From: Centroscyllium fabricii | Taxonomy: Eukaryota | NCBI GenBank assembly: GCA_051313645.2 | Contig: JBNRSN020000007.1 | Coordinates: 255,006,001 to 255,070,000 of the forward strand | Direction of reading: 5' to 3' | DNA length: 64,000 nucleotides | Shown: positions 48,600 to 59,345 of the stretch, piece after piece | Numbering within the stretch: the first letter of the stretch is position 1 | Layout of the letters: each line of letters starts with the position of its first letter | The notes under the pieces: model-generated | What the model was told of the DNA's origin: nothing | What the model saw: the letters and a program-made list of their open reading frames with translations, nothing else | Database searches by the model: none | Program-made: the position numbers and the translations under genes

Positions 48600-49075
48600 T
48601 TACATCAGAAGTGTGGTGGAATACTCACCACCTGCCTGGAGCGCAGCTGCGACAACGCTCAGAAGCTCGACACCATCCAGGACATAGCAGTCCACTTGAC
48701 CAGTGCCCCTGCTACTGGACTCGACTCCCTGCACCACCAGTGTAATGTCTCTGCGGTACGTACTAACGACAGATGAAGTGCAGCATCTTGCCAAGCTTAC
48801 TTCGACAGCACATCCCTTCCAAGAGCTCTACTACTGAGAAAGACGAGAGCAGCAATGCCATGGGAATACCATTACATCCAAATTGCCCTCCAAGTCACGG
48901 ACAATCCTGGCTGGACTTATACCACCATTCCTTCATTGTTGATGGGTCAATGCCCAGGAATTCCCTTCCTAACACCATTGTGGGAGCACCAACACCACAA
49001 AGACTGCAACAGTTCAAGGAGAAGGCTCACCACCACCACCAACTCAGGAGAGTTAGGACTAGACAATAAATCTGG
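48600..49075 (+). mobile_element. Degraded 3' end of a CR1-clade LINE
   Basis: AAGCTCGACACCATCCAGGAC…GACTGCAACAGTTCAAGGAGAAGGCTCACCACCAC…CAATAAAT. Confidence 0.65.
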
Positions 49076-49142
49076 GTAAACCCGAGAAGATCGTGTTTTG
49101 GTTGCTCCGCTTCAGCGGGGAGACAGTCATTGAGTTATGCCA

Positions 49143-49356
49143 CAACAAAATACTGCAGATGCTGGAAATCCAAAACAACAACAGAAAATGCTGGAAAAAC
49201 TCAGCAGTTCAGGCAGCATCGGTGGAGCGAAACACAGTCAACGTTTCGGGTAGTTCCCTTTATCGATAAAGGGAACTCCCTGAAACGTTGACTCGGTGTT
49301 TCTCTCCACCAATGCTGCCTGAACTGCTGAGTTTTTCCAGCATTTTCTGTTGTTGT
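49143..49356. mobile_element. Palindromic Penelope-derived short element
   Basis: ~90-bp inverted arms centred on TTTATCGATAAA, with a 14-bp duplication ATTGAGTTATGCCA (49129-49142, 49357-49370). Confidence 0.8.
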
Positions 49357-49524
49357 ATTGAGTTATGCCATATCATCTAGCCTGACATTCAGAAAGGGAC
49401 ATCTCTGCTGGTGGCCGTGAAGACCCCAAAGGCCTGGATCGATCCAAGCCAGCTCAGAGATATATGCCAAAAATCATTCAATCAATATTGCACCAATGCA
49501 CACAATGGGTAACAGATGTCAGAG

Positions 49525-49955
49525 TTATACAGCAGAGAAAGAGGCCCTTTGGCCCATCGTGTCCACGCTGGGCCATCAAACCTTGTCTACGCCGGCCATC
49601 AAACCCTGTCTATTCTAATCCCATTTTCCAGCACTTGGTCCGTAGCCTTGTATGCTATGGCGTGTCAAGTGCTCATCTAAATGCTCCTTGAATGTTGTGA
49701 AGATTCCTGCCTCTGCCACCCTTTCAGGCAGTGAGTACCAGATTCCAACCACCCTCTGGGTGAAAAGGTTTTCCCTTCCCTCCCCTTACCTTGAAACTAT
49801 GCCCCCTGGTTATTAACCCCTCTACTAAGGGGAAAGGTTGTTTTCTATCTACCCTATCTATGCCCCATATAATTTTGTACACCTCAATCAGGTCCCCCCC
49901 TCAGCCTTCGCTGCTCCAAGGAAAACAACCCCAGCCTGTCCAGTCTCTCTTCATA
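49525..49955 (-). mobile_element. CR1 3' end
   Basis: Reverse complement of the 41118-41362 subfamily, extended. Confidence 0.8.
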
Positions 49956-50079
49956 GCTGTGTTGTCACTCACACAAATTTCTCCATGGAAAGAGAGTCCT
50001 GCACTTTATCCATATGGCAGATTTCTCCAAAGTGCAGGATATTATAGCTAGCATGCATTTGGCTATCCAGGGTCCCAAT

Positions 50080-50365
50080 GGCTTTCATGAACAGAAAGGG
50101 GAACCATGGCATTAATGTGCAGGTGATCTGCGGAACTTATACACAAAATTAAACAGTGAATATCTGTTACCCTGGTAGCAGTCACAATGCCTTGATTTTA
50201 AGACAATCTACTGTGTTACCATTATTTGAAGAGGACTCCTGGGTGATCATGGACGCCCAGGAGTAGTGAACTTGTCGAGATGGTCATAAACCCGAGTTGA
50301 ACAGTATACAGTAATATAATGAAATACATGCAGCCACCAGAATTATTATGGAACAAATGCTTGAT
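50080..50365 (+). pseudogene. Harbinger DDE transposase remnant
   Basis: FMNRKGNHGINVQVICG…YPGSSHNALILRQS…YNEIHAATRIIMEQ matches the HARBI1-family motifs NRKGxHSxNVQ, PGSxHD and YNxxHxxTRxxIE, with stops and indels. Confidence 0.75.
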
Positions 50366-51323
50366 CAGGTAATGTTTGTACTATAGGGTCACCAAGGTGT
50401 CAAAAATCATGCTGGACAACTTCATTATATGGAGAGGAGATCCCGTGGAACAAGTAGACAAGCGCCTCGGCTGTAACCAGTGGCTTAACAGGCCACCAAT
50501 CCCAAGTCCAAAGATCAGCTGCAGCCAGGAAGAGTCACAAGACAGGTTCCATCAGACGGTACACTCGATAAATGAATGATCCCAGTGGGAGGAGCTGGCT
50601 TGCTGCTGGGTTTCAGCCCATTTGCAAAATTAGTTGATGTGCTAAATGGATGGAATTCTGGTATAATTTGTATCTCCACCCAGTTTTCCAACACTTGCAT
50701 CCACTTCACATCTGTTAATTGGGCATAACCAACAAGAATGACTACCTTGTGTGTAGTGACTGCGAGTAACTAAGGGGAGAAAGAACAGGAACAGGAATAT
50801 GCCAGCTCTGAGCTTGGGGGAGGCCACCCTCATATTGTCTATGGCTTCTGGTCCCAGGATTTGTAGAATGGCCTTCGCAAATCTGTTCAAGGGCGTGAAG
50901 TTGTGGGCCTTCCTCCTGTATAAATTTATTCCCTCTTGTTAATGTGAAGCCTTGTCCTGCAAGTAGATAAATAGTGTTGAGATTTAGAGGTTTGAAGAAG
51001 ACAGACATTGAATACCCGCCACCCAATCTCCCACCCCGACTCGTATGTGAGTCAACAAATATGCATTAAGCACCTAACTTTGGTTGGAAGCTTGCTTTGG
51101 GCTAGAACTTTATAGATACAAGATTAACAATAGTTCCAGTTTTCACAATAGTTACAAAATTTGCCGTACAGCATTATGAGCATGCATATGAATCTGTGAA
51201 AGAACTTTAGGATTGTTGGAATGCTTTGCGTGCAGTCTTAAGTCAAGCGGGGACATGCGGAGAGGAACCTCATTGTTCCATACATACTTTGCCTGTTTAC
51301 TTTGTCTAAATATATGATCTTAC

Positions 51324-51522
51324 CTTGGTGCTTTTCCAGAGGCTGCCAAGCATTCCTCATCTGTTCCCCGCTCTTGTGGATGTTTGGAGGCCACATTCAC
51401 CCTTTCGGCCAGCTCCTCTCATGCAATGGACGATGGGCAAACATGGCAAAACTCCTTTCCTTCCCTTGCTCCAGCAGCACCTCCAGTGCCGCATCCAAGA
51501 ACGGGGCAGTCCTTTTCCTTTC
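51324..51522 (-). pseudogene. Myb/SANT-like (Harbinger second protein) remnant
   Basis: RKRTAPFLDAALEVLLEQ…ELAERVNVAS…KSGEQMRNAW across frameshifts, ending at a G|GTAAG donor. Resembles the Myb/SANT-like trihelix domain of Harbinger elements. Confidence 0.55.
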
Positions 51523-52037
51523 TTTCCTCCGTGAAACTGAATAAAATACCAAGATTTGCTGCAACAGATTTTGTGGCTGCCCAGAAGAAAATAATCTGCC
51601 CTTTAAACAGCGGCGGCAGTCTTTTAAGAACTACTGTTGGGCAGGAAATCCTGCCGTCTGAGCTTCCAGCACCAGGCTCAATCCGCACTGGTTACTCATT
51701 GTAAGTATTTAATTAGGACAGCCTCAGAAGATTGCGCGAGGTCCGTCTTTACACAAACTGGTGAGTGCAAGCTTGCTGCAATCTGCTCCTGTTGCCTCAG
51801 GACCAGCACTGGGAAATCTATCCCCTCAGCCATGACATGCAATCACCATACATCACATCTGTGATTTCATCCTCCTAATTTTCACTTCTCTTCTGAAGGT
51901 GATTCATGATGGGTATAGTTTGATGGTCACTGACCGCCCTCCAGATCCTTGCCCAAGTGGCTATTTTTCATACATGAGACTATTCAATTATGAGTGGCAT
52001 CACGATCCTACCATGCCCACTGTGAGTCACTGTATGT

Positions 52038-52425
52038 GGGCGGCATGGTGGCACAGTGGTTAGCACTGGAGACCCGGGTTCAAATCCAGCCTCGGGTACT
52101 ATCTGTGTGGAGTTTGCACATTCTCCCCGTGTCTGCGTGGGTTTCCTCCGGGTGCTCCGGTTTCCTCCCACAGTCCAAAGATGTGCGGGTTAGGTTGATT
52201 GGCCAGGATAAATTGACCCTTAGTGTTAGGGGGATTGAATATGTGGGGTTACGGGGATAGGGTGGGATATGTGTCGGTGCAGGCTCGATAGGGATTGAGG
52301 GATATGGGGAGGGGGCAGGGGCGGGGTACTGGGTTTGGATGATCAGCCATGATCTCGTTGAATGGCGGAGCAGGCTCGAGGGGCCAAATGGCCTACTCCT
52401 GCTCCTAGTTTCTATGTTTTCTATG
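52038..52425 (+). mobile_element. HE1-like SINE
   Basis: Head with a small internal deletion, V-domain and CR1-like tail. Confidence 0.9.
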
Positions 52426-53083
52426 TATAGTAATCAGGACTGGCTAGTTTTATTCCTGGGACAGTCAGGCTAACTGTAACATTGCCAGTGCTTCTCTATG
52501 TGAGATTCAGTACAACCAGAGCATGAAACTGAGATCTAACAAGTCTGAATGGCACAGGCACTGTGACATTCTTAAAAGGTGAGGATCCTTCTATACACTT
52601 CCATTTTAACAAAAAGTTTTATTCAACAGCATAGGAAACTGATCATTGCTGAACGTTACAGCAATCACCTGAAATGTCAAAACTCTGCAATGCTTACAAT
52701 TTCCTATTCCAGGAATATAATATACTAGCTGATATCCCATGACAGTGCTCGTGAATGGTGTGGAAACTGGCTGAATGATTGTGACATTTAGTGCTAACCC
52801 TTTAAGACCATTTTCTTAAGTGAATTAGAGGTAATTCTACTTACATAACATCCTATGGTCAACTAGAGGATGATTATCTCTCTGGAAATTAACAGTTGAT
52901 TATAAATTCTTAGTTCATGCTCAGTGTCAGAAAGAACAGCAAAAATAACTGGCTTTACCTCTCTTATAAAAACAGATTGTTTTGCATCTGTAACAAGTGT
53001 GGACTCTTCAATCCTTACATCTATCTGTCTGTGTCTATGTAATACATTAAAGGTTTTGCCTATAATGCACGCTATTTCATATA

Positions 53084-53533
53084 CAGGTTGAACACCGTTA
53101 ATCCGGCACGGGCGGGACCAGGCCCAAGCCGGTATAGTGAAAAAGCCGGAAGAATGAAGCCGTCCAGTGCGCATGCGCACACCATTCAAAATGGCCGCGT
53201 GCATGCGCAGAACATTGTAAATGGCTGCCGCGAAATTTTGAATGATCTGTTCATGCGCCGAACGGCGAACGCAGGTGCAGATCATGCAAAATGGCTGCCA
53301 AGGTTTTGTATGATCTGCGCATGCACCGCCGAACGCATGCGCAGATCATTCAAAATGGCCGCCGGAAGTTTTGAATGGTCTGCGCATGCGCTCGCCGTTC
53401 ACCTGCACAGATCATTCGGCGAAGCATCAATCGCGGCGGCCATTTCACGCATGCGCAGGGCAGTTGGGGCAATTTATGCTGGACGACTGAAGTTGCCGGC
53501 TTTTCGATTACCAGATTAACGGTCTTCAACCTG
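53084..53533. mobile_element. Tc1/mariner MITE with GCGCATGCGC hairpin units
   Basis: TIRs CAGGTTGAACACCGTTAATC / GATTAACGGTCTTCAACCTG with TA flanks. Confidence 0.85.
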
Positions 53534-53861
53534 TAGTCACTTTTAATCACAGGAAAATGTATTCTAACGTAGGTAAATTTACTGTACCACAACTGTTTTG
53601 CGTCATGTTGATTAACCCCCAACCCTCACTCCCAGTTTCCCAGAGCACAGCAGCTGACCTTGGGAGAAGCAAGTTCAAAACCACAAGCTCCCCCAAATTA
53701 GGTGTAAATGCTGGAAAGTTTAAACTTATTTTAAAATAACGATTCTTGCAATTAGGATCATTTATAGTTTCTGCCTCTTGAACTTTGCTTTCTTTCTCAC
53801 TGTTGCAAAGCAATGTGAAAATGCTATTTGTGTCAGCTTCCTTTCATCACAGAACATACTA

Positions 53862-54392
53862 CAGGTTGTGCACCATTAATCCGCCACGGGCGGGACCAGG
53901 CCCGTGCCGGGAAACAGAAAAAACCGGGAGAACGAGGTTGGACACTGCGTATGCGCACCATTTAAAATGGCCGCGCGCATGCGCACAACATTGGGATTGG
54001 CTGGCGCGTGCATGCGCAGATCGGGCACAGGTCCGCGTTCCCTCTCCATCGCCTTTCGGGTTGCTGCTGCCGCCGAGCCGGACTCAGGCTGACAGCTGTT
54101 GCCTAGTGACTGTCCGCCTCAGTCACGGGGCTCAGCGGTCGGGAAAATAACCGGCGGTCGTATTGAATTATCTGCGCATGCGCTAACCGTCCGGCGACGC
54201 ATGCGCAGATCATTCAAAACACCCGCAGCTGTTTTGAATGATCTGCGCATGCGCTCGGCGCATGCGCAGATCATTCGCTGAAGCCACGATGGCGGCGGCC
54301 ATCTTGCGCATGCGCAGTGCAGTCGGGGCAATTTGTGCCGGCAGACTGAAGCTGCCGGCTATTCGGGACACAGATTTTCGGTGCACAACCTG
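53862..54392. mobile_element. Tc1/mariner MITE
   Basis: TIRs CAGGTTGTGCACC / GGTGCACAACCTG with TA flanks. Inverted near-copy of 33183-33681. Confidence 0.85.
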
Positions 54393-54840
54393 TATTTCCA
54401 CACTGTCTCAATTTATTAATTAGCCCGTCAATCAAACAAACCTCGGTTTCGCATCTGTAACCAGAACTCGAATGTGAACCTACCATTCATTTCAAGAGCA
54501 ATTACACCTTTCAGCCTTAAAATGACACGCACCTTAATTCTATTTTACATGGTGAATGGCTCTGTCCTCATAAAACAGTAAATCTCCGACTTACTTTGAG
54601 ATGTGCCACAATAGATTCACTTGTACGATTACAAAAGTGATCCATTACACTTCCGTCACATTTCAATTGTTGCTCAAATTTTTGTGCTTCGCTTCAATAT
54701 AACTTATCAGGAACAAAAAATGCCAGAACCAGAATGTCTGCAGTCTTGCAATTAATCACTGTAGAAATTCACCTAGTTTTACTTACCAGGAATTACACTT
54801 TTTAACCTTAAAACACACACACTTACACTTTAAGAATATA

Positions 54841-55153
54841 CAGGAAACTCTTTTATCCGGCACAGACGTGGTGCCGATTTATCAAAAAGTCCAGATTACA
54901 GAGAGGTATTGTTAAAAAGGTACGAGAGGCCACAAACTCAGGCTTCCCTGTTGCTTAGAAACAGGTGCAAGATCGACCGCAAGAAATCCAGGCTTCCCTG
55001 TTGCTTAGCAACAGGTGCAGGAACCCGATTACACAGCCACAGATCCAGAATGGCCACTAATATTAAGTAAAACTTACCTGAACCTACTCCTGAATTTTGC
55101 TGGTTAATAGAGAATTCCGGATATTTAGGTGCCGTTTAAACGAGAGTTTCCTG
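54841..55153. mobile_element. Tc1/mariner MITE with an internal 30-bp direct repeat
   Basis: TIRs CAGGAAACTCT / AGAGTTTCCTG with TA flanks. CAGGCTTCCCTGTTGCTTAG(A/C)AACAGGTGCA occurs twice. Confidence 0.7.
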
Positions 55154-55343
55154 TATTGTGTGGTATATGGTATGCTATTCCTTATAAAATAATGCATTCT
55201 CTCATTTACTGTGAGTAGCTCCATGGGAGATTTTCTTTTCATATATTTGCACTACTGATGATGGATGCGGAGAAAAGTTATTCGACATTTTCCATTATTA
55301 ACTAGTAATGTTACTATAGACATAGATGATGTTATAAATTTAC

Positions 55344-55496
55344 CTCTGAAGCGTAGGAGTTACTTTCCTCACGGCTGTAGATGTTATACTCCTTGGCGTT
55401 TTCCAGGTACTCCTCAGTGTCAGCAGTGGTTGCACAGATCTCCGGCGTATGGCTCCCATCTTGCTGCCAGTCCACTTGATCCCTAAATTCAGGCTG
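55344..55496 (-). CDS. MTCL2: MTCL2/SOGA1 exon (153 nt, NAGNAG acceptor)
   Basis: GCAG|CAG|CCT acceptor and GAG|GTAAAT donor; QPEFRDQVDW…EESNSYASE matches recalled SOGA1 PPDFRDLPEW…EDNDSYASE. Confidence 0.88.
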
Positions 55497-55585
55497 CTGC
55501 ATGCATGGGCAAGTTAATGAAAACAAAACAAAGGATAGGGAAGGAACAAAGAAACAAAAACTGGGTATTGTAAACATTGAAAAAA

Positions 55586-55687
55586 CTACAAGACAAAGAA
55601 AAGTATGAAAAGGAAAAACATCTTTATTACAGTGGCATATGAGAGTGTTGTAAACAAAATTAAAAAGACAATGAGCAAAATTATGGG
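55586..55687 (-). CDS. MTCL2: Alternative terminal coding segment encoding a hydrophobic membrane anchor (short MTCL2 isoform)
   Basis: Strong T/C tract plus AATCAG acceptor (55688-55689). Phase-0 translation PIILLIVFLILFTTLSYATVIKMFFLFILFFVL*, in frame with the donor at 59346. Closely resembles the recalled SOGA3/MTCL3 C-terminus. Confidence 0.75.
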   Translation of the reverse strand, partial: PIILLIVFLILFTTLSYATVIKMFFLFILFFVL

Positions 55688-57163
55688 CTGATTTGTTTGA
55701 AAAAAAAAGAGAAGAGAAGAAAAAAAGTGTGCAAACACCAGTTACGGTGCACATGCAGTGAATGATGCAGGGATTAAACTAGCAGCATGCAGGCAATAGA
55801 GCTCTGATTCAATCAAGGGCGTGCATGCACTTCTGGGAAACATTCTCGGAAGCAATAAAAAGTCGCAAAACCAAATCGACTAAACTACAAAAGCATCAGA
55901 CTAATAAGCAAATAGCCAATATCCAGCTTACACTACTTGTGTGAGATAGTCAAATCATGAGATAACAAACCTAATTAACACAAATATCTCATTGCAAGAA
56001 GTGTTCCATTTGCTCTTAATGAAGTCTCATTGTAGAGAGAGTACAGAAACCTTGGTAAGGTGCAGTCAAGCGTTTAGTGCTAAAAATGCGAATTAGCCAA
56101 ACATTTGAATTAAGCAACATAAACACAGTGGGAATTTAACGTTAAAAAACGGAATTATCAGATTTGAATAAAGTGACTTTGAATTAAAAGAAGTTGACTG
56201 CAAATCCCATTAAAAACATGTTTTTAAAAATTTTAATGGTTAAAATCTAAATGACCATAAAAGGGAGCTGTAATGATCAAAACATCTGTAACCTCAGCTC
56301 TTTTGTTTTACTGATTTTTGGAAGCCAAAATGTACATTTTGGTCACGCAATGATTGCAGGAGGAATACATTGATGTATTAACATATTTTGTGCCCAAGTT
56401 TTGTACTTTCGTTGATTTTAGCATTTCTTCAGTAAAATCAAAAATGTTATTTAAAGCTCCCTTTATCTCTACCCGAATTCCTCTGTGCTTGCCTGAAGGT
56501 ACTGACTCTTTGCTGTGAGTGCCATTCACCCTCAATTACCTTGTTCAAATGACTATTATTCATGTGTGGGTCTTGACCGTCAATGTTAAGTCAGGCTATT
56601 TGAACATGGGGGTGACCACAGCCCAGCCCGATTTTGTCCTCGCCCAACATCTGCACGTGTGGACTTCCAGCACAGGCCACTAGCTGGTGATCAAGTGCAC
56701 GAACCATCGGTGATTTACCATCCTTAACCAATCATGGTGCCTCACCATACTGCCAGCTAAATTCAGCTAACTCACACAGACCATGGACTGAAACTTGGAC
56801 CTTTCTACTCTATCTCATTCAGAGTAAACCCTGCTGCGACACTGTGGAGCCACTAAACTTTTCTGTAATGTTCCTAAATTTCACTGAAGGACACTTCCAA
56901 AATTTGAGGTTTTGAAGAGAAAGAAGGTCTTTCAAAGAGCAAGGGTGAGGCAGAATAAGTGTACAATGTGTACAGAGGTAATATTAATGCCATTAATGTG
57001 CAGTTCAGGTTTTGAGTACCATGGCTCTTGGGAAAACACATCAAATAAAGTGCATCTTTAAAAAAAAAGTAGGAGCCTTGTCTGTGCAGAGTTAATTAAT
57101 CTCAATGGTGGAGATACAGTACTACACTTTCACTTGAGCTGGATACTGCCTTTTATATATACA

Positions 57164-57542
57164 CAGGTTGAGCACCGTTAGTCCTGGTCCCGACTGTGCC
57201 GGATTGTGGCGAATTTTTGAAAACTCCGAATGATTGATGCTTCGGCGAGCGCATGCGCAGACCATTCAAAATGGCCGCTGCGAAAGGCCAGCGCCCATTT
57301 TGAATGGTCTGCGCAGGCGCTCGCCGAAGCATCAATCATTCGGGACCATTCAAAATGGCCACCGCAAATGGCCGGCGGCCATTTTGAATGGTCTGCGTAG
57401 GCGCTCATCGTTCGGGAAGGCCCGGGCATGTGCAGCCAAGCGCGGCGGCCATTTTGCGCATGCGCAGATCAGTCGGCCGGATTCGTTCCGGATGACTGAA
57501 GTCGCCGGATTAACGGTGTCCGGATTAACGGTGCTCAACCTG
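57164..57542. mobile_element. Tc1/mariner MITE with CA flanks
   Basis: TIRs CAGGTTGAGCACCGTTA / TAACGGTGCTCAACCTG, with CA rather than TA on both sides. Confidence 0.82.
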
Positions 57543-58622
57543 CAGTGACACATGCATGTTATTCTGTACAACTTAACCATTTCATTTCTATGGAGTACAA
57601 TTAAAAATGTTGCCTAGTTTCCCTTGCTGTTCTAATTTATCAATTATGAAATATGAGTAATGTTCTGGGACTTTCCATTCCACTCTACTGACCAGTGTAA
57701 AAGAATCAGATCAGGGGTCCCTAAAATTAATTCTCTGCTTCCATTGGGTCTGTTTATATTTCAGCTAATCGTAACTAATATGCTTTTTATTGTGCCAGGA
57801 CTTGGCTGGGTAGAACCTGAGAACTCTAGTTCCAGCCTTTTGATAGGGCAAGAAAGAAAAAAAAAACAAAGAATGCGTGTACTTATTTTCAATAACCAAG
57901 AATGTCTTGGTTCGTTAAACAAAAATAACATTTCAATTTTTTTGCCAAATTGATAATGTAAAAAAAAAAATCATCTTTATTTGCACAAGAGACACATGAT
58001 TTTCTGAACAATACATTTAAAGAGTCAAATTTGGCCTCTGAGCTAAAAAAAAACAAGTGCTGACTGAAACACAATTCCTAATCCCAGGTCAGGTTTTATG
58101 CACTGGTCGGTGCTCCCACTTCCTATCTTCATGGTTGATAGGGAAGCTTCAGGACCCAATTTATGAAAACACAAACTTCAATGCAGGATGTGCATAGGTA
58201 TGAAATAAATGTGATGTACATCAAGGTTCTGATGTACAAACACAGGAGGTCATTTACAAGTCTGCAGTCCTGTTTCCGAGCTTTGCCGGGTGGGAGTGCG
58301 CATCAGGAATCTGGACACGGAGGACAACACGCCCAAATTCCTGATCTGCACTCCCATTGTGCGGAACTCTGCAACATGAGCAGAAACTTGTAAGATGACC
58401 CTAGCACATTCTATGAGCAAGAAACTTGCATTGAACTTTACAGCAACAAGGTTCAGAGCACCAAGATCAATCCATTTGATATCAAGCTGCTGGTAACTCA
58501 AAAGAAATAACCATCTAAAGCAAAAGCTCTAATCCTTAAAACAATCTTTAATTCAACAACAGTAACATTAGACCTCAAATTTAATTTTACTAACTACAAT
58601 TATTACATCTGTCAAAATGTTA

Positions 58623-59049
58623 CAGGTTGAACACCATTAATCCGGCAGGGTCAGGACCAGCACCATACCGGATTCTTGAAAACGCTGACTGAATTGAAGC
58701 CACGGCAGTGCATGAGCACAGCATTCAAAATGGCCACCACGAAATTTTGAATGATCTGCGCATGCGCCGAACGGCGAGCGCATGCGCAGATCATTCAAAA
58801 TGGCCACCAGAACTTTTGAATGGTCTGCGCATGCGCTCGCCGTTGCATGCGCAGATCATTCAAAACTTCAGGTGGCCATTTTGAATGATTTGTGCATGCG
58901 CTCACCGTTCGGCGGTGCATGCGCAGATCATTCGCCGAAGCATCAATCACGGTGGCCATTTTGCGCACGCGCAGGGCAGTCGGGGCAATTTATGCCAGAC
59001 GACTGAAGCTGCCGGCTTAACGGTTACCGGATTAACGGTTTTCAACCTG
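58623..59049. mobile_element. Tc1/mariner MITE with GCGCATGCGC hairpin units
   Basis: TIRs CAGGTTGAACACCATTAATCCGG / CCGGATTAACGGTTTTCAACCTG with TA flanks. Ends are nearly identical to 22974-23807. Confidence 0.85.
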
Positions 59050-59345
59050 TACTGACAATTCCTGGCAGGCCACTAGAAATGTATGTCTTTCCCGTTCATC
59101 CACATGCACCATTTTCTTGTACCATGCACACTTCATTGGTACAAAGCTCTATGCTGATATAAGGTGTTTGTTGCATGCAATGAGTTGTTAGCTTTTCTGT
59201 TGTTAATATTACTAACATTTAAACTGAGGATTAGTTTTAGAAGACATTTATTATTATTTTGTTACTGTAACTGTGTAGCATGACAAACCAGGATGTTGTC
59301 ACAGGGAGCAAGGAGGATAACGGCAAAGAAAAAAGATTCTCTTAC

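Noticed and set aside
53160-53460. Hairpin units with variable loops as a repeat-spacer array
   Set aside because: Units alternate in orientation, loops recur between copies, and all lie within TIR-bounded MITEs.
58250-58501. Exon-like minus-strand stretch after TTGCAG
   Set aside because: The phase-0 reading hits a stop, there is no good donor, and no family similarity was recognised.
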